DNA of 30,763 bases from a virus (taxonomy: Duplodnaviria; Caudoviricetes). Positions 19,575 through 28,178 of this stretch are shown here, in pieces. Each line of letters starts with the position of its first letter. The stretch's first letter is position 1. The DNA lies in the IMG/VR virus record IMGVR_UViG_3300027782_000254, positions 1-30,763 of that record. One strand, given 5' to 3'. Under the pieces are notes generated by a model, which saw only the letters and a program-made list of their open reading frames with translations, had not been told where the DNA came from and made no database searches. A program made the position numbers and the translations under genes.

Positions 19575-21389
19575 ATGGCATATCAGATTAACAAAACAGA
19601 CGGAACCATAGTTGCCACAGTTGCTGACGGTCAAATTGACGACAGATCAACAGACATTACCTTAATTGGTAAAAATTACAGTGGCTTTGGAGAAATATTT
19701 AACGAAAATCTAATTAAGATATTAGAAAACTTTGCCGAGTCAACACAACCAGATCATCCGCTAAGAGGACAAATATGGTTTGATTCTAGCGAATCAAAAT
19801 TAAAGGTGTATAACGGTGTTAGTTTTGTGCCAGTTAGTTCTGCAACAATATCTAGTACTCAGCCTTCAACCTTGGCCATAGGTGATCTATGGTATGACGA
19901 TGTGGGCGAGCAACTATTTTTCTTTGACGGTGCTTCAGCAATACTGTTAGCTCCTGCTTACAGCAGTTCACAAAGTCTAAGCGGACTTAGAGTTGATACC
20001 ATATTAGATACCCTTAATCAAACTAGAGTTATCACCAGTTTGTATAACAATGGTATATTGTTAGGCATATTTGCCAAAGACAGTTTCACCCCAAAACTAC
20101 CTATTATCGGATACACAGGTAGCATTGCACCCGGATTTAATGTAGGAACATTAGCTAATTTTAAAATACGTGCAACCTGTACCAACAGCGACAGTCTTGG
20201 CGGTGCGCCAGCTACCACCTATGTTCGTACTGATGTTGCTAATGCAATTAATGGACAATTACAAATTACTGTTGACTCGGGATTAATCGTAGGATCAGCT
20301 AACCAGGGATCATTGTTTGTTACTAATGGTAATGTAACTTTAGCAAATGCATCAAGCAACAAAAATATTACTTTGAGTGTTAATAGATCAGACACTCAAG
20401 AAAACGCAATAGTAATAAATGCAAATGCAAGGACTATTGGACTGTATCCTACAGAATCGACCAGTACTGTTAATCTCGGTGGAGACCTAGTAGTAAACGG
20501 AAACCTCACAGTAGAAGGAACTACTACTACACTAAACACCAGTATTTTCACAGTAGAAGATAAAAACATTGTCATAGCTAACGTAGCCGTCCCCACTAAC
20601 AGCACAGCTGACGGAGCAGGTATCACTATTAAAGGCGGCACTGATAAGACCATTGCTTATAGTAATAGTAGCAATTGGTTAGATATTTCTGAAACATTGA
20701 ATCTAGCATCAGGTAAGGCAGTGTATATAGGCGGTACCAAAGTCATAGATGGAAATAGTTTAGGATCTGCGATTACTAGTATTCCTGGCGTTACGGCCTT
20801 CGGTACACAAAACGTGATTAACGTAGGCCCCGGCATTCCGCCAGTCACACAAATGAGATTAGAAAATCACAGAATCTCTACGGTGTCGTCTAATTTCGAT
20901 ATTGAATTAGAACCAGACGGATCTGGTAATGTTGCTTTAATTGGTAGCCCAAAGATCACCGGCCTAGCCAACCCCACCTCTGCTCAAGATGCTGCTACTA
21001 AAGAATATACAGATAATAGAATAGAATCAAGACCGTTGATTTTTAGTATTGACCTTTCAGATGGAAAGTCAAACACCTATATAGTTGACAACATATTAAA
21101 TAATCTTGCGCCGGTGAGTGAATATCGTACAGGTACCGATGCAAGGATATTATGCAGTTTGATCAGTAATAATGCACAGAGTTTAGAAATAAATTCACTG
21201 CCTCCGGCAGTATCAACAGCAGCATTTTTAACTACTCTAGGAGGCAGTTCAAGTCTTGCAATTACCAATATAAGTTTTCCACCAGCTACTATTACGGCAG
21301 CTAGCGTGTCTGTGACAAGAATTATCAAAGAATTTAAAATAGTAGGTGGTGTGTGGGACTGGCAGTCAGACACCGTACTTCCACCATAA
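19575..21389 (+). CDS. Tail fibre protein (paralog 2)
   Basis: Shared N-terminus MAYQINKTDG...DGQID...LIGKNYSGFGEIFNENLIKILENFA. Fibre motifs GDLVVNGNLTVEGTTTTLNT...VEDKNI...ADGAGITI and ITGLANPTSAQDAATKEYTD. Confidence 0.8.
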   Translation: MAYQINKTDGTIVATVADGQIDDRSTDITLIGKNYSGFGEIFNENLIKILENFAESTQPDHPLRGQIWFDSSESKLKVYNGVSFVPVSSATISSTQPSTLAIGDLWYDDVGEQLFFFDGASAILLAPAYSSSQSLSGLRVDTILDTLNQTRVITSLYNNGILLGIFAKDSFTPKLPIIGYTGSIAPGFNVGTLANFKIRATCTNSDSLGGAPATTYVRTDVANAINGQLQITVDSGLIVGSANQGSLFVTNGNVTLANASSNKNITLSVNRSDTQENAIVINANARTIGLYPTESTSTVNLGGDLVVNGNLTVEGTTTTLNTSIFTVEDKNIVIANVAVPTNSTADGAGITIKGGTDKTIAYSNSSNWLDISETLNLASGKAVYIGGTKVIDGNSLGSAITSIPGVTAFGTQNVINVGPGIPPVTQMRLENHRISTVSSNFDIELEPDGSGNVALIGSPKITGLANPTSAQDAATKEYTDNRIESRPLIFSIDLSDGKSNTYIVDNILNNLAPVSEYRTGTDARILCSLISNNAQSLEINSLPPAVSTAAFLTTLGGSSSLAITNISFPPATITAASVSVTRIIKEFKIVGGVWDWQSDTVLPP

Positions 21390-21408
21390 TGAACCAGGAG
21401 CGGCATAA

Positions 21409-23679
21409 ATGGCCTATGTAATTAACAAGTTTAATGGGGTTCAACTAGTAGTGCTTGATGACGGCACTATAGATACCACCACCAGTCTAGGTCTAGTAGG
21501 TCGAAACTATGTAGGCTACGGCGAAACTCAGAATGAAAATTTCGTATTCCTCTTAGAGAATTTTGCCAACACCGCCCCACCTTCGAGGCCGTTAGAAGGA
21601 CAGATATGGTTTAATACCACGAACGACACAGCCTATGCCTATGACGGTTCAAATTGGAATCCAATAGGATCGGCAGCTGTAAGTGCGTCTGCACCACCTA
21701 ATACCAACTCCGGTGCATTGTGGTTAAAAACTCCTATCAATCAATTATATGTATACACTGGCACAGAATGGAGATTCATTGGACCCGAGGCAGTGGAAGG
21801 ATTTGGGTCTACTAGAGCCAGAGCTGGTTCTTTAGATGATACATTAGGTAATCCTCAGCCTGTGATTTTTCTAGAAACCAACGGTACCGTATTTGCTATC
21901 TGCACTGCTGCTGCATTTGTTATAAATCCCGGAAATTCAGTTACTGGATTTAGCAATGCTTTACAGGCTGGAATTAATTTATCTTCCACCGCCAAGATCA
22001 ATGGCAGTATTACAGGTAATGCTGCTACAGCAGATCAATTATCTACCGCAAGATTGATTAATGGTGTGCCATTCAACGCTTCATCTAATGTCACGGTAAC
22101 TGCCAATACCACTAATCTATTGAAAAAAGGCACTTATATTGCCGGCTCTGATTTCAACGGCAGTTCAGAAACCACATGGAGTGTTGATGCAACATCTGCT
22201 AATGTCATAGGCAAAGTAGTAGCACGAAATTCAGAAGGCGGCTTTTCAGCAGGTACTGTCACAGCCACCTTTATAGGTGACCTCACAGGCAATGTCACGG
22301 CTTCAACAGGAATCAGTACATTTAACATTGTACAAGCCACTCAATTTATCGGTGCTACTCTGTCAGGCAACGCAGCTTCTGCCACAAGATTGGCCACTGC
22401 ACGAACCATAAACGGCGTAAATTTTGATGGATCTAACAGTATCACGGTACCGGCCAGTGCAGAAACATTAACAGGAAATGCTATTAATAATTCTGTGACA
22501 CTGAGTGGCTTGACACAGGTAGGTACATTGAGTTCGTTGAATGTCAATGACAGCGGAATATTTGTAGGCAGCGGAAATCAACTAAGAATGTTCGTTGATT
22601 CTAGTACTCCAACAATTAGATCTGCCACAGGCCGTCTGAATTTTGATATGGGTATAAGTGGCCCAGATGTTAACTTTGTTGATTCGGCAACTTCCTTGGG
22701 ACTCGGTGGACCAAATGCTCCAGCGATTATAGGCGATAATACAACTAATCTTGGTATAACAGGATACAAATTTGCAGGGGTGTATGCCGACAACTTTTTT
22801 GGCAACGCCACCACAGCTACTCTAGCAACCACAGCTACAAATCTTCCGGGTGGAGGACTAGGAGCTATTCCTTATCAATCAGCAGCAAATACCACTGCTA
22901 TGCTAGGCCTTGGATCTCCAGGAACTGTTCTAACAGCACAGGCCGGTGGGCTGGCTTGGCAGGCGATTGCACAAGAATCTCTAACTAAAGGTAGTTATTT
23001 GAATTTAATAAACACCACTACTAGTGGTAGTTTAAGTGTATTCAACGGCAATCTTCCTGCGACAATTTCAGTAGATGCTACCTCAACTAATACTGCTAGT
23101 AAAGTTGTAGCACGTGACGCCAGCGGCAATTTTGCGGCAGGCACTATTACAGCTAATTTCGTAGGTGCGGTTACAGGTAATGCTTCTACCGCGACACAAT
23201 TACAAACTGCAAGAAACATCAACGGAGTGTCATTTAATGGCACACAAGATATAACAATCATAGCCACTGATGCTACCAAAGTAGCATTAGCTGGCAGCAC
23301 CATGACAGGATATCTAACATTGGTTGGTGCTCCTGTGGACGCAAATCACGCTACCACTAAAACATATGTAGACAGCAGATTGCCGCAGTATACTATTGTC
23401 AGCGGAGCACAATATAGCACATCGGGATACACAAATCAGGTCGGATCATTCAATGACGGTGCAAACTTTTTTGATGTGTTTCCTCCAGCAGGTAAAAGTA
23501 TGGCAAATATTGTAGCATTTATTCCGTCTATCCATGTGGTTCATTATGCAGGTGGAGTCGATGGCAATGATTCGATTAGATGTACATATTCTTATCTTGG
23601 TGATAGGATCAGAGTCTACGTGCAGAACACAGAACAACGAAGCACCCCGGCAGCAAACTATTTGGCCATTTGGAGTTAA
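21409..23679 (+). CDS. Tail fibre protein (paralog 3) with repeated shaft modules
   Basis: Shared N-terminus and AGGAG RBS. Three GNA..A..L.TAR.INGV.F.G...IT repeats (22012, 22363, 23173), a PVDANHATTKTYVD motif and a distinct C-terminal tip domain. Immediately followed by a chaperone-like gene. Confidence 0.85.
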   Translation: MAYVINKFNGVQLVVLDDGTIDTTTSLGLVGRNYVGYGETQNENFVFLLENFANTAPPSRPLEGQIWFNTTNDTAYAYDGSNWNPIGSAAVSASAPPNTNSGALWLKTPINQLYVYTGTEWRFIGPEAVEGFGSTRARAGSLDDTLGNPQPVIFLETNGTVFAICTAAAFVINPGNSVTGFSNALQAGINLSSTAKINGSITGNAATADQLSTARLINGVPFNASSNVTVTANTTNLLKKGTYIAGSDFNGSSETTWSVDATSANVIGKVVARNSEGGFSAGTVTATFIGDLTGNVTASTGISTFNIVQATQFIGATLSGNAASATRLATARTINGVNFDGSNSITVPASAETLTGNAINNSVTLSGLTQVGTLSSLNVNDSGIFVGSGNQLRMFVDSSTPTIRSATGRLNFDMGISGPDVNFVDSATSLGLGGPNAPAIIGDNTTNLGITGYKFAGVYADNFFGNATTATLATTATNLPGGGLGAIPYQSAANTTAMLGLGSPGTVLTAQAGGLAWQAIAQESLTKGSYLNLINTTTSGSLSVFNGNLPATISVDATSTNTASKVVARDASGNFAAGTITANFVGAVTGNASTATQLQTARNINGVSFNGTQDITIIATDATKVALAGSTMTGYLTLVGAPVDANHATTKTYVDSRLPQYTIVSGAQYSTSGYTNQVGSFNDGANFFDVFPPAGKSMANIVAFIPSIHVVHYAGGVDGNDSIRCTYSYLGDRIRVYVQNTEQRSTPAANYLAIWS

Positions 23680-23681
23680 TC

Positions 23682-24038
23682 ATGCATTATGTTTGTATAG
23701 AAAATAATCTAGTAGTTAGCGTGTTAAATTATCAGCCTAATGTGCCGAGTTCTGTTACGATGATAGAAATCACAGATGCACAAGCTGCCCAAATAGCAGC
23801 GCAAACACATTATTTTGATGTTGTTAGCAGAACTGTTACTGCGGTCGCAGCTGGAGTTACAGCACAACGAGCCGCAGATGTTGCCAACGGACAAGAACGA
23901 GAATTTTTAAACAGCACAGATTGGAAGATTTTGCGGCATATTAGGCAGAAAGCATTGAATATCGCTACCAGTTTATCAGATGCAGAGTACATACAACTTG
24001 AACAGCAGCGTGAAGCCGCAGCAGCTCGTGTAGTATGA
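23682..24038 (+). CDS. Tail fibre assembly chaperone-like protein
   Basis: ATG 23682 has GGAG at 23672-23675 (the ORF track start at 23670 overlaps the upstream gene), giving 118 aa. The C-terminal EREFLNSTDWKILRH...LEQQREAA resembles the 'L..TDW...R' motif of tail-fibre assembly chaperones. It lies directly after a fibre gene. Confidence 0.7.
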   Translation: MHYVCIENNLVVSVLNYQPNVPSSVTMIEITDAQAAQIAAQTHYFDVVSRTVTAVAAGVTAQRAADVANGQEREFLNSTDWKILRHIRQKALNIATSLSDAEYIQLEQQREAAAARVV

Positions 24039-24042
24039 CAGT

Positions 24043-24050
24043 AATAAATA
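24043..24050 (+). promoter_or_regulatory. T4-type late promoter-like box (AATAAATA)
   Basis: Lies in the 34-nt intergenic gap, 22 nt before ATG 24073, followed by an AGGGG RBS. Confidence 0.65.
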
Positions 24051-24072
24051 CAAGATATTAGGGGTTAACAGA

Positions 24073-25875
24073 ATGGCATATGAAGTCAATAAATTTAACG
24101 GTGTGTTTTTAACGTCGGTAGCTGACGGCACAATCGACACCACTACAGATCTACGACTAGTAGGTAAGAATTATGCAGGTTACGGTGAAGTACAAAACGA
24201 AAATTTTGTGCATCTACTAGAAAACTTTGCTAATACCACAGCGCCTCCTAAATCTGTTACTGGGCAAATATGGTTTGATACTGCTACTAAAAAACTCAAA
24301 TTCTATGACGGGACTAGATTCAAAGTAGCCGGTGGCGCCGAAGCCAGCGCATCCGCTCCCAGTGGGTTAGTAGCCGGTGATTTTTGGTGGGACACGGGTG
24401 CCAAACAACTATACACATATACTGGCACAGAATTCACCTTGATCGGGCCGATATCCAGCCCGGATTTAGGCACCTCAACTATCAGTCCAGCAGTGGTATA
24501 TGGAACCATTAGTACCGCAGAAGGCCCACACACTATATTAAAGATTATATCAGATAGCAAAACCATAGCAATAGTTAGTAAAACTGCGTTTACACTTGAC
24601 AATAGTAAAAATGCCATAGATGATTTTACTGTGGTTAAGAAAGGAATTACATTAGCTAGATCGCAGACTGGTGTTTCCACTGACGATTTTACCTTTTGGG
24701 GCACATCAAGTAATGCAGCTAGACTAGGAGGTTTCACAGCCGATCAATACATCAAAACAGGTGAAAGCTCATTTACGTCAGAAGTTAGTTTCAAAGATCC
24801 CGGTCTGCAAGTGGGTGATGGCAACGATCTAAGAATCCGTATAGAAGGTGGCAACGATGTCGTTGTCGAAAATCGTCTTGGTAACGACATCACATTCAGA
24901 ATTACAGTTACGGAAACTACAGATGAAAGAGATATAGCTGTTGTGAAATCAACAGGATTAGTCCCCGGAGTTAGTGGTGCTTACACGTTGGGATCTACAA
25001 CACTAGCATGGAGCAATGTTCACGCTACTACATTCACTGGTTCTTTGGTAGGTGCGGTTACAGGCAACACCACTGGCAGTCACAAAGGCAACGTGTTAGC
25101 CAATGACAATGATGTTATGATCAATGCTGCTACCAAACAGATAGGGTTTGCTGGTGCTAATATTGTAGGAACTTTGACTGGATCAGTGACTGGATCAGCT
25201 GCCACTGCCGCAGATGCCGGCACTCTAAACGGATTAGCTTCCAGCGCCACGGTGCCAGGCTCAGCAATATCTACAATAGCTATACGTAATTCCAGCGGCA
25301 ACATATTAGCCAATCAATTCGTAGGAATAGCAGACAAAGTAGATCGTACTTTTATTGACCGTACTGATGCTAGAGTTGATCCAGCATGGGCAGATGGCAC
25401 TGCTAGTACCCAGTACAGAACTGCTAGACTCTCAGCCACTGCTTACAGCATAGCTGCAAGAGATGTCAGCGGTAACATTACAGCTAATATCTTTAATGGC
25501 ACAGCCACAGCTGCTCGATATGCTGACCTAGCTGAAAAATATCTTGCCGATCAAGAATACGAAGTCGGCACAGTGGTAATGGTAGGCGGTGAAAAAGAAG
25601 TCACTGCTGCAGATGTTAACACCCGTGCTATTGGAATAGTATCTGCCAACCCAGCTTATATGATGAACAGTGAGTTACAAGGTGGCACTTACATTGCTCT
25701 AAAAGGTCGTGTACCGTGCAAGGTATATGGTTCAGTTAGAAAGGGCGATCGGTTAGTAGCTGGTCCTAGAGGCGCAGCGATTGCAGCACACGGCAATTAT
25801 GCCAATGTATTTGCAGTGGCATTAGAGTCAACAGGTTCAGACAGCATTAGCGTAATAGAAGCATTGGTGTTATAA
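24073..25875 (+). CDS. Tail fibre/spike protein (paralog 4) with C-terminal Peptidase_G2-like intramolecular chaperone
   Basis: Shared N-terminus (LVGKNYAGYGEVQNENFVHLLENFA). The C-terminal ~120 aa read ARYADLAEKY...GTVV..GG...IGIVSANPAYMMN...IALKGRVPCKVYGSVRKGDRLV, matching the D(Y/L)AE...G.VS..P...G.VP..V.G.V..GD pattern of G2-type autocleaving chaperone domains. Confidence 0.8.
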   Translation: MAYEVNKFNGVFLTSVADGTIDTTTDLRLVGKNYAGYGEVQNENFVHLLENFANTTAPPKSVTGQIWFDTATKKLKFYDGTRFKVAGGAEASASAPSGLVAGDFWWDTGAKQLYTYTGTEFTLIGPISSPDLGTSTISPAVVYGTISTAEGPHTILKIISDSKTIAIVSKTAFTLDNSKNAIDDFTVVKKGITLARSQTGVSTDDFTFWGTSSNAARLGGFTADQYIKTGESSFTSEVSFKDPGLQVGDGNDLRIRIEGGNDVVVENRLGNDITFRITVTETTDERDIAVVKSTGLVPGVSGAYTLGSTTLAWSNVHATTFTGSLVGAVTGNTTGSHKGNVLANDNDVMINAATKQIGFAGANIVGTLTGSVTGSAATAADAGTLNGLASSATVPGSAISTIAIRNSSGNILANQFVGIADKVDRTFIDRTDARVDPAWADGTASTQYRTARLSATAYSIAARDVSGNITANIFNGTATAARYADLAEKYLADQEYEVGTVVMVGGEKEVTAADVNTRAIGIVSANPAYMMNSELQGGTYIALKGRVPCKVYGSVRKGDRLVAGPRGAAIAAHGNYANVFAVALESTGSDSISVIEALVL

Positions 25876-26768
25876 TGACTTTAGGAACCAACGTCTTTGC
25901 TGCACAATATGTAGACATACAAAACAAAGCAGAATCAATGATTGGCACAGGCTCTGGCACACTAGGCTACGGTCAAACTGTGCAGAGTTCAGATGTGTTC
26001 ACCGGCAACACGATTACCAAAGCACAATGGGATTTATTACGATACGATATTGTTAATATAAGACTGCACCAAGACGGAGTAGTTCCAAGCATTGTAACAG
26101 TAAATGTTGGAGATCCTATTGGGTTTGGTGCAGCTGCACCTAATAGTAATTATGATACTCTTTTAGAAACAGCTCTAGCAAATAGATTTAAAATAGACGG
26201 TTCACAATCTGTTATATCTTCTAAAGGCACAGCTACTTATTCTACAGCGTGGTCAACTTCTGTTAGTCTTACACTAACAGCTACATTTTCAACCAGCGCC
26301 CAGGCTAGATATTTTTTCAATAGTGGCGGTAAAGTTAGATTGTCAGCATCATTAACCGGTGGCTCGGGTTCTCAGCAATATAATGCATGGGTGCAATTTC
26401 TTGCTTCGGCAGGCATACAATCTTTTGGCGCCGACACTAATCCTCTGATAAATTATTACACATTAACTAACAGTTATCAAACCTATTATCAAGGATCTTT
26501 AAGTACTGCATATTCTGCTAATTTCTTTAGATTAGAAGCCAAAACAGATGTTGCTGACAACTCTACTGGCACAGCCACAGTACTGACTATCCGAGCAACA
26601 TTAGCCGACGACTATGTAGATCTAGGACCACCGGCGCCCGGTGACAGTGTGGACGGAACGTTAAGCATTGACGTGACTGAACTCAAAGCATCTGGTAGCT
26701 TATTACCGTCCGGCTCTTTTGCTATTACTAGCCCGGTTTATTCACTTTCAGCTATATCTGGCAGTTGA
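25875..26768 (+). CDS. Putative virion structural protein, Ser/Thr/Gly-rich (paralog of next gene)
   Basis: Coupled to the upstream gene by TAATG. Shares GQTV.SS.V..G..IT..Q...LR.DI.N...H..G..P, NRF...GSQS, R.F.NSGG..R..AS..GG.GS.Q.NAW and D.YVD.G...DSVDGT with 26803..27768. Confidence 0.6.
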   Translation: MTLGTNVFAAQYVDIQNKAESMIGTGSGTLGYGQTVQSSDVFTGNTITKAQWDLLRYDIVNIRLHQDGVVPSIVTVNVGDPIGFGAAAPNSNYDTLLETALANRFKIDGSQSVISSKGTATYSTAWSTSVSLTLTATFSTSAQARYFFNSGGKVRLSASLTGGSGSQQYNAWVQFLASAGIQSFGADTNPLINYYTLTNSYQTYYQGSLSTAYSANFFRLEAKTDVADNSTGTATVLTIRATLADDYVDLGPPAPGDSVDGTLSIDVTELKASGSLLPSGSFAITSPVYSLSAISGS

Positions 26769-26771
26769 AAA

Positions 26772-26779
26772 TTTAAATA
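26772..26779 (+). promoter_or_regulatory. T4-type late promoter-like box (TTTAAATA)
   Basis: Lies in the 34-nt intergenic gap, 23 nt before ATG 26803, followed by AAGAGA. Confidence 0.6.
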
Positions 26780-26802
26780 CACGATAATTTAAGAGACAAT
26801 AC

Positions 26803-27768
26803 ATGGCTGTAAATGACAAAATCACCGCTACAGATTACAACAATATCAGAGGTCCGCTTGCCAATATTATAGGCACAGGTACAGCTGATTCTGGATGGGG
26901 TCAAACTGTGATTAGTTCTGCGGTATCAGAGGGAACCAAAGTCACAGCAACTCAAATTACCAAGCTTCGCAACGATATTATCAATGCACATACCCATATA
27001 TTTGGTACAGCGCCTACCCCAGTGTCTGTGGCAGAAAACGATGTGATTAAATTCAACGCCACAACATCTCCAGTATCCAGCTATACCGCATTAGTTTCCA
27101 CTATCAATGCCAACAGATTTACAGTAGCAGGCAGTCAATCTGCAGTGCAGTCATATGCCCCATCTTCGACCACCTGGCCTGGAATATACGGAACTAGCTG
27201 GACCAGCCTTATTACCTGTACAATCACAGCCACGTGGCCTACTGCTGCCGCCGCTAGGCATTTTTGGAACAGTGGTGGTCAACTGAGAATCACAGCTTCT
27301 CGTTCAGGCGGCACAGGTAGTGGTCAGAACAATGCTTGGACTTCAATTCTAGGCGTAGCCGGTACACGCACATTTGCTGCTCAAACACCTTCTGCAGGGG
27401 TAGCTCCTAATGACGGACAAAATTGGTTTAGATGTTCCAACACAAGGCAGCTATGGTACTCACTATCTGGATCATCCCCTTATGGGTCAAACAGTTATAA
27501 AATCTATGCTAGAACCACCGATGCTGTATCTAATTCTAATTCCAGCGGATCAGCTACCCAAGGTGAATGGCACATAGAATTTGTTGACAATTATGTAGAT
27601 CCAGGTCAACATCCTTCAAATCCTGTGCCAGACTACACTGATTCTGTAGACGGCACGTTCACAGTATCGGTATCAGCCTTGTATGCTACCGGCATACTCA
27701 TCCCACTAGGCACAGGAAACTTTGCTGTTACCTTACCAACCATTTCAACCAGCGCCATAGCACCGTAA
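26803..27768 (+). CDS. Putative virion structural protein, Ser/Thr/Gly-rich (paralog of previous gene)
   Basis: Aligns by eye along its whole length with 25875..26768, has its own late-promoter-like box and lies within the structural module. Confidence 0.6.
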   Translation: MAVNDKITATDYNNIRGPLANIIGTGTADSGWGQTVISSAVSEGTKVTATQITKLRNDIINAHTHIFGTAPTPVSVAENDVIKFNATTSPVSSYTALVSTINANRFTVAGSQSAVQSYAPSSTTWPGIYGTSWTSLITCTITATWPTAAAARHFWNSGGQLRITASRSGGTGSGQNNAWTSILGVAGTRTFAAQTPSAGVAPNDGQNWFRCSNTRQLWYSLSGSSPYGSNSYKIYARTTDAVSNSNSSGSATQGEWHIEFVDNYVDPGQHPSNPVPDYTDSVDGTFTVSVSALYATGILIPLGTGNFAVTLPTISTSAIAP

Positions 27769-27792
27769 ATTTTCTCAAGATAGTTATCGACC

Positions 27793-27800
27793 ACTAAATA
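27793..27800 (+). promoter_or_regulatory. T4-type late promoter-like box (ACTAAATA) heading the glycosyltransferase operon
   Basis: Lies in the 59-nt intergenic gap, 27 nt before ATG 27828, followed by a strong AAGGAG RBS (27817-27822). Confidence 0.65.
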
Positions 27801-27827
27801 AAGTGCGCAGATAATCAAGGAGAAAAC

Positions 27828-28178
27828 ATGCAAGAGCAACTTCAACAGGCTCTGGATTTTGCCAACTACAAGCAAACATTTTCAATTCAGAAAAAAGTCC
27901 TTAAAGAAAAAAATGCTGCCAAATTAACTTTTGGTTTTCAGGGCGGACTTTTTCACATCAATCAGACTCTGTTAACATTTGTAGAAATCTTAATCCTCAA
28001 AGGTAGAACTACAGCAGTGGTATTGTTAGATTCTAATCAAAATCCTATTCTTATCCCCAATCTAGAAGAGTTTAGAGATGAGATTTTTTCTAGATACTTT
28101 GAAGCCACTAACGAATATTTTGAAGCTGATCAAAGTCTTAAAAAAAGTAGATCTGTTGAAAAGCTATTAGCACAATGA
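27828..28178 (+). CDS. Hypothetical protein (116 aa), possibly chaperone-like
   Basis: Strong RBS and ATGA overlap with the next gene. The layout of helix - GGLFHIN - LLDSNQNPILI - long helix loosely recalls DUF4376-type fibre-associated proteins (weak inference). Confidence 0.6.
   Translation: MQEQLQQALDFANYKQTFSIQKKVLKEKNAAKLTFGFQGGLFHINQTLLTFVEILILKGRTTAVVLLDSNQNPILIPNLEEFRDEIFSRYFEATNEYFEADQSLKKSRSVEKLLAQ

Noticed and set aside
17444-27768. Possible diversity-generating retroelement or invertase shufflon acting on fibre tips
   Set aside because: No reverse transcriptase, recombinase, adenine-variant template/variable repeat pair or inverted tip cassettes were seen in the window. A system acting in trans from elsewhere cannot be excluded.
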